Assembly (NCBI GenBank): GCA_035708865.1
Contig: DASTFF010000001.1
Location: 4,333 to 68,332 of the forward strand
Origin: Gemmatimonadota bacterium
GTDB lineage: Bacteria; Gemmatimonadota; Gemmatimonadetes; JACCXV01; JAHWKZ01
DNA length: 64,000 bases
Direction: 5' to 3'
Part shown: piece after piece, positions 50,749 to 58,795 of the stretch
Layout of the letters: every line of letters starts with the position of its first letter
Position numbering within the stretch: the stretch's first letter is position 1
The notes under the pieces: generated by a model
Told to the model about the DNA's origin: nothing
The model's input: only the letters and a program-made list of their open reading frames with translations
The model's database searches: none
Translations under genes and position numbers: made by a program

Positions 50749-51416
50749 GCCGGCCGCCGCTCGACGCGCCGGGTCGCGTGCCCGGCGGGAGTGACGCGGC
50801 GCTCGAGCAGCCCGAGCAGCGCGTCGGCGAAGAGCGCCAGCAGGGCCGCCGGCACCGCGCCCGCCAGGATCACCGTGTCGTTCACCATCGCCAGGCCCTG
50901 GAAGATGTACACGCCGAGCCCCCCCGCCCCGATCGCCGCGGCGATCGTCGCGATACCGACCGAGATCACCGTCGCCACGCGGACGCCGGACAGGATGACC
51001 GGCGCCGCCAGCGGGAGCTCGACCCGGCCCAGGAGCTGTCCGCCGGTCATCCCGAGCCCCAGGCCGGCCTCGCGAACGGCGGGATCCACGCCCCGGATCC
51101 CGGCATGCGTCCCGCGGACGACCGGCAGCAGCGCGTACAGCGTGAGCGCCACGATCGCGGTCCGGGCACCGACCCCGCCGATGAACGGGACCGGGATCAG
51201 GAAGCCGAACAGGGCCAGGCTGGGGATCGTCTGGAGGACGTTGGCGGTTCCCATCACCACCCGCTCCCACCGCTGCCAGCGGGTGGCGGCGATCCCCAGC
51301 GGCACGCCCACCGCGACCGCCACCCCAACCGCCAGCGCGACCATCGTGACGTGCTCGAGGGTCAGTCCCGCGGCCTGGCCGGCGTGGTCGCGCAGGTAGC
51401 GAAGAAGCTCACCCAC
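50745..51416 (-). CDS. Quaternary-amine ABC transporter permease (OpuBB/ProW-like)
   Basis: Binding-protein-dependent permease with EAA-like loop and five TM segments. Confidence 0.85.
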   Translation of the reverse strand: MGELLRYLRDHAGQAAGLTLEHVTMVALAVGVAVAVGVPLGIAATRWQRWERVVMGTANVLQTIPSLALFGFLIPVPFIGGVGARTAIVALTLYALLPVVRGTHAGIRGVDPAVREAGLGLGMTGGQLLGRVELPLAAPVILSGVRVATVISVGIATIAAAIGAGGLGVYIFQGLAMVNDTVILAGAVPAALLALFADALLGLLERRVTPAGHATRRVERRPA

Positions 51417-52170
51417 CCGGACCTCCGCCCAGCGCCTCGACCAGCCCGCGGACTTCGGGGTGGCTCGAGGCCAGGAACTCCGCCGGCGGGGCGATCTCCG
51501 CCAGCCCGTCCTCGGTGAGCAGGCCGACCCGGCCGCCCAGCGCGAGCGCCTCGCGCAGGTCGTGGGTGACGAACAGGGCCGCCTTTTCCAGCCGTTGGAC
51601 GAGCTGCCGGAACTCCTGCTGGAGATCGGCCCTCGTCAGGGGATCCAGGGCGCCGAACGGCTCGTCGAGGAGAAGCAGCGGCGGGTCGGCGGCGAGCGCC
51701 CGGGCCACCCCTACCCGCTGCCGCTGGCCGCCCGAGAGCTCGTGCGGGTAACGCCGGCCGAACTCGCCGGCCGGCAGCCCCACCAGCTCGAGGAGCTCGG
51801 CCGTCCGCTCATCGATCCGGATCCGCTCCCATCCCAGCAGGTCCGGCACCAGACCCACGTTGCCGGCCACCGTGAGGTGCGGGAACAGCCCGACCTCCTG
51901 GATCACGTAACCGGTCCGCCGTCGCAGCGCCACGGGGTCCCAGTCGGTCGTGGGGCGCCCGGCGACGCGGACTACTCCCGCTGCCGGATCGAGGAGCCGG
52001 TTCACCAGCTTGAGGAGGGTCGTCTTGCCGACCCCCGAGCGGCCCACGAGGACAACCGTCTCGTCGGTCCCGACGGCCAGCGTGAGGCCCGCGAACAGGA
52101 CGCGCCCGTCGGGGAGCGAGAACGCCACTTGGTCGAACTCGACCGCCGGGGCCGCGGAGTCCGCCGACAA
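51409..52170 (-). CDS. Quaternary-amine ABC transporter ATP-binding protein (OpuBA/ProV-like)
   Basis: Walker A GRSGVGKTT, signature LSGGQRQRV and Walker B LLLDEP. TTG start at 52168-52170. Confidence 0.9.
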   Translation of the reverse strand: MSADSAAPAVEFDQVAFSLPDGRVLFAGLTLAVGTDETVVLVGRSGVGKTTLLKLVNRLLDPAAGVVRVAGRPTTDWDPVALRRRTGYVIQEVGLFPHLTVAGNVGLVPDLLGWERIRIDERTAELLELVGLPAGEFGRRYPHELSGGQRQRVGVARALAADPPLLLLDEPFGALDPLTRADLQQEFRQLVQRLEKAALFVTHDLREALALGGRVGLLTEDGLAEIAPPAEFLASSHPEVRGLVEALGGGPGG

Positions 52171-52221
52171 CGAAGCGGGTGGGGGGTTCGCGTACGACGA
52201 TGAGCCATGCTGAGCGATCCG

Positions 52222-52229
52222 TTAATATA
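52222..52229 (+). promoter_or_regulatory. Candidate -10 element (TAATAT) 8 nt upstream of the egtDB ATG (leaderless / very short leader)
   Basis: cgttaatatagggccccATG; no SD is present. A divergent 66-bp intergenic region is shared with the ABC transporter operon. Confidence 0.3.
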
Positions 52230-52236
52230 GGGCCCC

Positions 52237-54588
52237 ATGGCGGGCACCACCCGACCGGTCGCCCTCCCGGCGGCCGACCTTCGAGCCCCCGCCTTCGTCG
52301 AACGTGCCGGCGAGGGCTGGGTGGTGTTCGTCGATGCGACGCCCACCACCGCCGAGGCATTCGCCCACTCCGTCGCGCGCGGGCTCTCGGACCATCCCCG
52401 ATGGCTTCATTGCAGGTATCTCTACGACGAAACCGGGGGCGAGCTGTTCGGGCGGATCACCGAGCAGCCCGAATACTACCTGACACGGGCGGAGACCGAG
52501 ATCCTCGCGCGCCAGTCGGACGCGATCCGCGCGGCCGCGGGACCGGTGCCCCTCGTCGAGCTGGGCGCCGGCATGGCGATCAAGACCCGCCATCTGCTCG
52601 CGGCGTGGGACCGGGCCGGTGGGCCGGTCGAGTACGTCCCCGTGGACATCGACGCGTCCGTACTTACCGCGGCCGCCCAACGGCTGGCGGAGGAGTTTCC
52701 GGGGATCACGATCACCGGCCTAGCGACCTCGTACGAGCGCGGCCTGGACCTGATCGAAGGGCGCTCCCCGCTGTGTCTCGTCTTTCTGGGCTCGACGATC
52801 GGCAACTTCAATCCCGAGGAGACCGACGCCTTCCTGACCCGGCTCCGGGATGCCCTTTCGCCCGGGGACCGGCTGCTGCTGGGCGTCGACCTGGTCAAGC
52901 CGGTCGAGGAACTCGAGGCCGCCTACAACGATGCCGCCGGCGTGAGCCGCGAGTTCACCCGCAACCTCTTCCAGCGGATGAACCGGGACCTGGGCACCGC
53001 GATCCCGCTGGAAGCGATCGACCACGTCGCTTACTGGAACGACCGCCTCGAGCGGATCGAGATCTACGCCCAGGCACGGCGCGCCGTGAACGTAGAGCTG
53101 GCCTCGATCCAGCGGCGTTTTCGCATCGCGGCCGGCGAGATGGTCCTCACCGAGATCAGTCGCAAGTATCGGCTCGACGGCGTCGAGTCGGACTTCGCGC
53201 GGTTCGGTTTCAAGCTGGAACAGTCGTTCACCGACTCCGGCAGCCGGTTCGGTCTGCTCCTCTTCCGGCTCATCGATCCCGGCGCACGGCCGGACCAGGT
53301 GACCCGTCTGGCGGCAACGCTGCAGCGGGTACGCCGCCGTACGCTCGAGCTGATCGACGCGCTCGACGACGAGCGGCTCCGGCGGCAGGAGCTTTCGATC
53401 CTGAGCCCGATCGCGTGGGACCTCGGCCACATCGCCGAGTTCGAGGAGCTGTGGCTCGTGGATACGATCGACGCGCTGCTGACCGGCGGCGATCCATCCC
53501 GACTGTCTCCCGAATACGACGCCATCCGGACACCGCGGAGCGAGCGTGGCCATCTCCCGTTTCCCGCGCGGGGGGAGATCCTGGAGCGGCTCGAGCGCGT
53601 CCGGAAGGAGGCCCTGCGCCGGCTGCGCGCCATCGATCTGGCGGGCCATCCGCTCCTCGAACACGGGTTCGTCTACCACCTCCTGGCACAGCACGAGGCG
53701 CAGCACCAGGAGACGTTCCTGCAGGCGATCGCGCGGATGGCGGACCTGGCCTACGAGCCCGCTTTCCGCGAGCCCACCCCGCGCCCCTCGCTCCCGCCCG
53801 ATACCGACATGGTCCTCGTCGGCGAGGGTCCGTTTCCGGTCGGCGCCGCGCGCATCGCGGAGGCCTACGACAACGAGCGGCCGGTGACCCGGGTCGACGT
53901 GGACGCCTTCTGGATCGACGCCGCCCCGGTCACCAACGGCGTCTACCTCGCGTTCATGGAGGCCGGTGGCTACGAGCGCCGCGACGCGTGGAGCGACGAG
54001 GGATGGGCGTGGCGGGAGAAACACGCCGTCCGGTACCCGCTCGGCTGGCGGCGGGACGAGGGCGGCTGGGTCGACGTCCAGTTCGGCCACGTCGAGCCGC
54101 TCGTCCCCGCGCGGCCGGTCCAGCACGTCTCGTGGTACGAGGCCGACGCCTGCGCGCGCTGGCTGGGCAAGCGGCTCCCGACCGAGATCGAGTGGGAGAA
54201 GGCCGCGGCCTGGGATCCCGAGGTCCGGGTCCCGCGGCGCTACCCGTGGGGAGACGCCCAGCCCGACGCGCGCTGCGCCAACCTGGACGCCCGCACGTTC
54301 GCGCCGGCTCCCGTAGGTGCGTATCCGCGCGGCCGATCCTTCTACGGCTGCCATCAGATGCTGGGCGATGTCTGGGAGTGGACGGCGAGCGAGTTCCTTC
54401 CCTATCCCGGCTTCGAGGCGTTCCCCTACCCGGAGTACTCGGAGGCCCACTTCGGCAAGGGGTACCGGGTGCTGCGCGGCGGCTCGTGGGCGACCGCCGC
54501 GATCGTGGCGCGCAACTCGTTCCGTAACTGGGACCTTCCCGAGCGCCGCCAGATCTTTGCCGGGTTCCGCTGCGCCCGGGACGCGTGA
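52237..54588 (+). CDS. egtDB: Fused ergothioneine biosynthesis protein: EgtD-type L-histidine N-alpha-methyltransferase plus EgtB-type sulfoxide synthase (DinB_2 + FGE-sulfatase domains); Egt1-like architecture
   Basis: N-terminal 330 aa carry EgtD/Methyltransf_33 motifs (EYYLTRAETEIL, LVELGAGMAIKTRHLL, YVPVDIDASVL, FLGSTIGNF). C-terminal ~450 aa carry a DinB_2 region with an HLLAQHEAQHQETF iron-binding motif, then an FGE-sulfatase domain (GDVWEWT, RGGSWAT). Confidence 0.85.
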   Translation: MAGTTRPVALPAADLRAPAFVERAGEGWVVFVDATPTTAEAFAHSVARGLSDHPRWLHCRYLYDETGGELFGRITEQPEYYLTRAETEILARQSDAIRAAAGPVPLVELGAGMAIKTRHLLAAWDRAGGPVEYVPVDIDASVLTAAAQRLAEEFPGITITGLATSYERGLDLIEGRSPLCLVFLGSTIGNFNPEETDAFLTRLRDALSPGDRLLLGVDLVKPVEELEAAYNDAAGVSREFTRNLFQRMNRDLGTAIPLEAIDHVAYWNDRLERIEIYAQARRAVNVELASIQRRFRIAAGEMVLTEISRKYRLDGVESDFARFGFKLEQSFTDSGSRFGLLLFRLIDPGARPDQVTRLAATLQRVRRRTLELIDALDDERLRRQELSILSPIAWDLGHIAEFEELWLVDTIDALLTGGDPSRLSPEYDAIRTPRSERGHLPFPARGEILERLERVRKEALRRLRAIDLAGHPLLEHGFVYHLLAQHEAQHQETFLQAIARMADLAYEPAFREPTPRPSLPPDTDMVLVGEGPFPVGAARIAEAYDNERPVTRVDVDAFWIDAAPVTNGVYLAFMEAGGYERRDAWSDEGWAWREKHAVRYPLGWRRDEGGWVDVQFGHVEPLVPARPVQHVSWYEADACARWLGKRLPTEIEWEKAAAWDPEVRVPRRYPWGDAQPDARCANLDARTFAPAPVGAYPRGRSFYGCHQMLGDVWEWTASEFLPYPGFEAFPYPEYSEAHFGKGYRVLRGGSWATAAIVARNSFRNWDLPERRQIFAGFRCARDA

Positions 54589-54589
54589 G

Positions 54590-55603
54590 GTGAGCGGGCC
54601 GGCCGGGCCGGGCGACCTGGCGCGGCGGCTGGCCCGCCTGCCACTGGAGATCGAGAGCCATTCGGTCGAGCTGGGCTCCGTCCCGCTGGCCGGCTACTAC
54701 GACGGCGCCGAGCGCCCGACCGGGGTGGTCGGGATGGCCGGCCGGGGCCACGTCGGCCGCGGGGAAAACGTCGACTGGACACCGGCCGGGCAGGAGCGGT
54801 TCGCGGCCGTCTGCCGGGAGGTGGTCCAGGACGCCCTCCCGGCGGGGCCGACCACGCTGGGGGCGGTCGGTGCGGCGCTCACCCGCTCGCGTGCCCATCC
54901 CCACCACCGGGCGGCCCTCGAGGCGGCGGCCCTCGATCTCGCGCTCCGGCTGGCCGGTCTCGACCTCTTCCAGCTGAGCGGTCGGCAGCCCCGGGCGGTC
55001 CGCACCTGCCGCTCGATCGGCCGGGAGGAGATCGCCCGGGCGGGACCCCTGACCGCGGTCCTGGCCCTTCTCGCCCGCGAGCCGGACGCCCGGGTCAAGA
55101 TCGACGGCCCCGCCGGTGGATGGCCCGAGGACCTGTGGAGACGGCTGGCCGGGACGGGGCGGGTGGTCGTCGTCGACTTCAAGCGCGAGGGGACGGCCGA
55201 GCAGGTCGCGCTCGCCCACCGCTTCCTGCCCGGCGCCTGGATCGAGGACCCGCCCGCCGACCTCCTCGGACAGGCGGGGGCCGGGTCCTGGCTCTCACGC
55301 CTCGCGCTGGACGGGTACGTGGCGGCGGCTTCCGACCTCGACGCGCCGCCGGCCCCGCCGGCCGCCGTCAACGTGAAGCCCGCCCGGGTCGGGGGTCCCT
55401 GCGAGGCGCTGGCGATCCTCGAGCGGTGCCGGAGCTCGGGTTGGAGCGCCTACTTCGGCGGGATGTTCGAGGTCGACGTGGGCCGGCGGCAAGCGCAGGT
55501 CTTGGCTTCGCTGTTCACGGCCGGGGCGTGGAACGATCTGGCCCCGCTCACCGGGCCGTCCGGCCAGGACGGCGTTCCGGCCGGGGGGCCGGGGTTCGGC
55601 TGA
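54590..55603 (+). CDS. Enolase-superfamily enzyme, MLE subgroup (OSBS/dipeptide-epimerase/NSAR-like)
   Basis: Metal ligands and base in canonical order: VKIDGPAGGW (D), WIEDP (E), LALDGY (D), AAVNVKPARVGG (K). GTG start 2 nt after the egtDB TGA. The first 91 codons of track ORF 54317..55603 overlap egtDB and are rejected. Confidence 0.7.
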   Translation: MSGPAGPGDLARRLARLPLEIESHSVELGSVPLAGYYDGAERPTGVVGMAGRGHVGRGENVDWTPAGQERFAAVCREVVQDALPAGPTTLGAVGAALTRSRAHPHHRAALEAAALDLALRLAGLDLFQLSGRQPRAVRTCRSIGREEIARAGPLTAVLALLAREPDARVKIDGPAGGWPEDLWRRLAGTGRVVVVDFKREGTAEQVALAHRFLPGAWIEDPPADLLGQAGAGSWLSRLALDGYVAAASDLDAPPAPPAAVNVKPARVGGPCEALAILERCRSSGWSAYFGGMFEVDVGRRQAQVLASLFTAGAWNDLAPLTGPSGQDGVPAGGPGFG

Positions 55604-55625
55604 GCGGGTCCAGTGGTTTCGCCGC

Positions 55626-57200
55626 TCACCCGCGGCGCGCGAGGATCGCGGCCGCCGCCAGGCGTCCGGAGACGCCGGTGACCGCGCCCGCCGGGTGGGT
55701 GCCCGGGCCGCACAGGTAGAGCCCTTCGATGGGGGTCCCATACCGGCCCCAGCCGGGCACCGGGCGCATGAAGAGGAGCTGGTCGAGCGCCAGCTCCCCG
55801 TGGTGGGGATCCCCGCGGGTCAGTCGGTAGCGCGTCTCGAGGTCGGCCGGCGTCAGGACCCGCCTTTCGAGGATCGCCCCGGGGAGGTTGGGGGCGTGCT
55901 CGGCGAGTAGCTCGACCACGCGGTCCCCCATCGCGCCGGCCAGATCGGGCTCGGGAGCCGGGTGGTCTCCGAGCGGGACGAAACGTGCGTCGATCGACAT
56001 CACGTGCCGACCGGAAGGGGCCACCGAGGGGTCGGCGAGCGACGGGATACGCGCCTCCAGTACGGGGCGCCCCGACATCCGTCCGTGCTTGGCGTCATCG
56101 TACGCCCGCTCCACCGCATCCAGCTCCGGCGCGATCACCAGCGACCCCTGCGGTTCCACGTCGAGGCCTTCGAACCGCGGCGCCTCGGCCAGCGCCAGGT
56201 GGACTCGGACATAGCCGCCGCGGAAGCGGATCTGCCGGACCGCGTGGACGAAGTCGGGATCCAGGTGCCGGGCGCCCGTGAGGTCGAGAAAGGTGCGCGC
56301 GGGGTCCGCTCCCGACAGGACCCATCCGGCCGCGATCACCTCTCCGCCGTCCAGCGACACGCCGACCGCGCGACCCTCCTCGACCTCGATCGCGGCCACC
56401 TCCGCCCCGCACCGGACCTGGACCCCGCGCTCCTTCGCAGCCGCCGTCAGCGCCGCCGCGAGCGCGCCCACTCCCCCCCGCACCACGGTGCGCGGGCCGA
56501 ACGTCCCGGCCGGGCTTCCGACCTGGCGGTGGAGGAGCGCCAGCGACGTGCCCGGCGAGCGCGGGCCCTGGAAGACCCCGCGCACCGACAGCGCTCCCAG
56601 CGCGCCCTTCAGTAGATCGTTTTCGAAGCAGTCGTCGAGGAGATCGTAGGCGGGAAGCGGAAGCACGCGGAGCAGCTCGATCATCCGTGACCGTCCGAGC
56701 GAGCGGATCCGGCGGCCGACGCCGAAATACGGAAGCATCTCGCGGAGCGGCCCCGCCGGCCGGGCGGGGGGCCGCATCGCGACCGCCTCGAGGATACCCG
56801 AGAACGAAGCGATCCGGCCGGCGAACCCCATCCACCGCTCGGCGTCGCGGGGCGAACGTCTGGCGATCGAGGCGCGCGTCGCTTGCGGGTCGCGCCACAG
56901 GACCAGGGGCTCCCCGCCCGCCGCCGGGGCGGCGAGAACGGGATCGGGTCGTAGCTCGGCCAGGCCGTGCCTGGCGAGCCCCAGCCCGTTGACGATCGCC
57001 GGAGGCAGGTGGCCGGCGTCCGGGTGGACGGGGTCGATGCGGAAGCCGGGCAGGATCTCCTCGGAGGCGGCCTGCCCGCCCGGGACCTCGCCCGGCTCGA
57101 GCACCGTCACGCCCAGTCCCGCCTGCGCCAGCTCGAGGGCCGCGACCAGCTCCTCGATGCCGGATCCGATCACGACCACGTCCCGCCGGCCCCCGCTCAC
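55626..57200 (-). CDS. CrtI/phytoene-desaturase-family FAD-dependent oxidoreductase (paralog B)
   Basis: FAD dinucleotide motif VVVIGSGIEELVAALELAQAGLGVTVLE and C-terminal GLYLCGPGTHPAGAVTGVSG. GTG start overlaps the paralog A TGA (GTGA). The upstream ~548 codons of the track ORF are rejected. Confidence 0.75.
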   Translation of the reverse strand: MSGGRRDVVVIGSGIEELVAALELAQAGLGVTVLEPGEVPGGQAASEEILPGFRIDPVHPDAGHLPPAIVNGLGLARHGLAELRPDPVLAAPAAGGEPLVLWRDPQATRASIARRSPRDAERWMGFAGRIASFSGILEAVAMRPPARPAGPLREMLPYFGVGRRIRSLGRSRMIELLRVLPLPAYDLLDDCFENDLLKGALGALSVRGVFQGPRSPGTSLALLHRQVGSPAGTFGPRTVVRGGVGALAAALTAAAKERGVQVRCGAEVAAIEVEEGRAVGVSLDGGEVIAAGWVLSGADPARTFLDLTGARHLDPDFVHAVRQIRFRGGYVRVHLALAEAPRFEGLDVEPQGSLVIAPELDAVERAYDDAKHGRMSGRPVLEARIPSLADPSVAPSGRHVMSIDARFVPLGDHPAPEPDLAGAMGDRVVELLAEHAPNLPGAILERRVLTPADLETRYRLTRGDPHHGELALDQLLFMRPVPGWGRYGTPIEGLYLCGPGTHPAGAVTGVSGRLAAAAILARRG

Positions 57201-58795
57201 CACCTCCCGCCCCCCTGCGCGAGGACGGCGCGCGCCGCCAGGTGGCCGCTCGCGCCCATGACCCCACCACCCGGGTGCGTCCCCGAGCCGCACTGGTAGT
57301 AGCCGCGAATGGGAGTCGTGTGGCCGGCCCACGCCGGAGCCGGCCTCAGGAAGAAGAGCTGGCTCAGCGCCAGCTCGCCCTGGAAGATGTTCCCCTCCGA
57401 GAGCCCCGTTACGGTCTCGATGTCGGCCGGCGTGATCACCTGGCGATGGAGGATGGCGGAGCGGACGTTGGGCGCGTACTCGGCCAGAGTGTCGATCACC
57501 GCGTCGCCGAACGCCTCGCGGCTCCGGTCGTCCCAACCCCCGTTCCGGTGATACGGAGCGTATTGGACGAAGATCGACATGACGTGCTTCCCCGGCGGCG
57601 CCATGCCGGGATCGATGAGCGACGGGATCACGATGTCGAGGAAGGGACGGCGGGAGAACTCGCCGTACTTGGCGTCGTCGTAGGCGCGCTCGAGGTAGTC
57701 CACCCCGGGCGCGATTGCGATCGCCCCCCGCAGGTGGGGCCCGTCGCCGGGAAGCGCCGTGAAGTCGGGCGGCTCGGACAGCGCCAGGTTGACCTTGCCC
57801 GACGAACCGCGGAAGCGGAACCGCCGGACGGCCTCCACGAGCTCGTCGGGGAGCTCCGCCGGCTCGACCAGCTCGAGGAACGTGCGCCGCGGATCGAGAC
57901 CCGAGATCACGGCCCGCGCGCGGATCTCCTCCCCATCGTCCAGGACCACTCCCGCCGCCCGTCCGTTCTCGACGAGGACCTGCCGGACAGGGGCGTCGGT
58001 CCGGATCTCGGCCCCGAAGCTCCGCGCCGCTGAAGCGATGGCATCGCTGACCGCGCCGGTCCCGCCACGGGCGAACCCCCAGGCCCGGAACACCCCGTCG
58101 ATCTCCCCCATGTAGTGATGGAGGAGGACGTAGGCCGTTCCCGGCGAGCGGGGTCCGAGGAAGGTCCCGATGATGCCGCTCGCCGACTTGGCCGCCTTGA
58201 GAGGCTCGCTCTCGAACCATTCCGCCAGGTAATCCGCCGAACTCATCGTCATGAGCTTGACGAGCGCGTGGAGGTCCCGCTCGCCGAGGCCGCGGAAATG
58301 CCGTGCCAGCCGGCCCATCGCCAGGAGATCCCGCGGCCGCCATGAGGCGGGGTCGGGTGGCGAGACGCTCAGCAGCGGCTTGACCGCCATCGCCATCCGC
58401 TGCATGAGCCGGCCGAACTCCAGGTACGCGTCGGCGTCGCGCGGAGAATGGCGGTACAGCTCGCGCCGCGTCGCGTCGGGGTCGGCCCACGTCGCCAGAT
58501 AGTCGCCGTCCGGGAGTGGGTTGAACGTGCTCTCGAGCGGAACGATGTGAAGACCGTGGCCGGGCAAATCGAGGTCGCGGATAATCTCCGGCCGGAGCAG
58601 GCTCACGACGTACGAGAAGACCGAGAAGCGGAAGCCCGGGAACACCTCCTCGGTGACCGCCGCTCCCCCCACCACCGGACGGCGCTCGAGGACCAGGACC
58701 CGGCGGCCGGCACGGGCGAGATACGCCGCGCAGACGAGGCCGTTGTGGCCCCCGCCCACCACCACGTCGTCCCAAACCGCGGCGGGCGACGTCAC
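57197..58795 (-). CDS. CrtI/phytoene-desaturase-family FAD-dependent oxidoreductase (paralog A)
   Basis: VVVGGGHNGLVCAAYLARAGRRVLVLE FAD motif and C-terminal GYYQCGSGTHPGGGVMGASG. GTG start overlaps the gcvT-like TGA (GTGA). Confidence 0.75.
   Translation of the reverse strand: MTSPAAVWDDVVVGGGHNGLVCAAYLARAGRRVLVLERRPVVGGAAVTEEVFPGFRFSVFSYVVSLLRPEIIRDLDLPGHGLHIVPLESTFNPLPDGDYLATWADPDATRRELYRHSPRDADAYLEFGRLMQRMAMAVKPLLSVSPPDPASWRPRDLLAMGRLARHFRGLGERDLHALVKLMTMSSADYLAEWFESEPLKAAKSASGIIGTFLGPRSPGTAYVLLHHYMGEIDGVFRAWGFARGGTGAVSDAIASAARSFGAEIRTDAPVRQVLVENGRAAGVVLDDGEEIRARAVISGLDPRRTFLELVEPAELPDELVEAVRRFRFRGSSGKVNLALSEPPDFTALPGDGPHLRGAIAIAPGVDYLERAYDDAKYGEFSRRPFLDIVIPSLIDPGMAPPGKHVMSIFVQYAPYHRNGGWDDRSREAFGDAVIDTLAEYAPNVRSAILHRQVITPADIETVTGLSEGNIFQGELALSQLFFLRPAPAWAGHTTPIRGYYQCGSGTHPGGGVMGASGHLAARAVLAQGGGRW

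Noticed and set aside
55604-55625. Inverted repeat gagcgg..ccgctc spanning the convergent stops of the enolase-like and CrtI-like genes, as a bidirectional terminator
   Set aside because: Only a 6-bp stem with a 14-nt loop and no U-tract on either strand. Possibly functional but not supportable from sequence alone.
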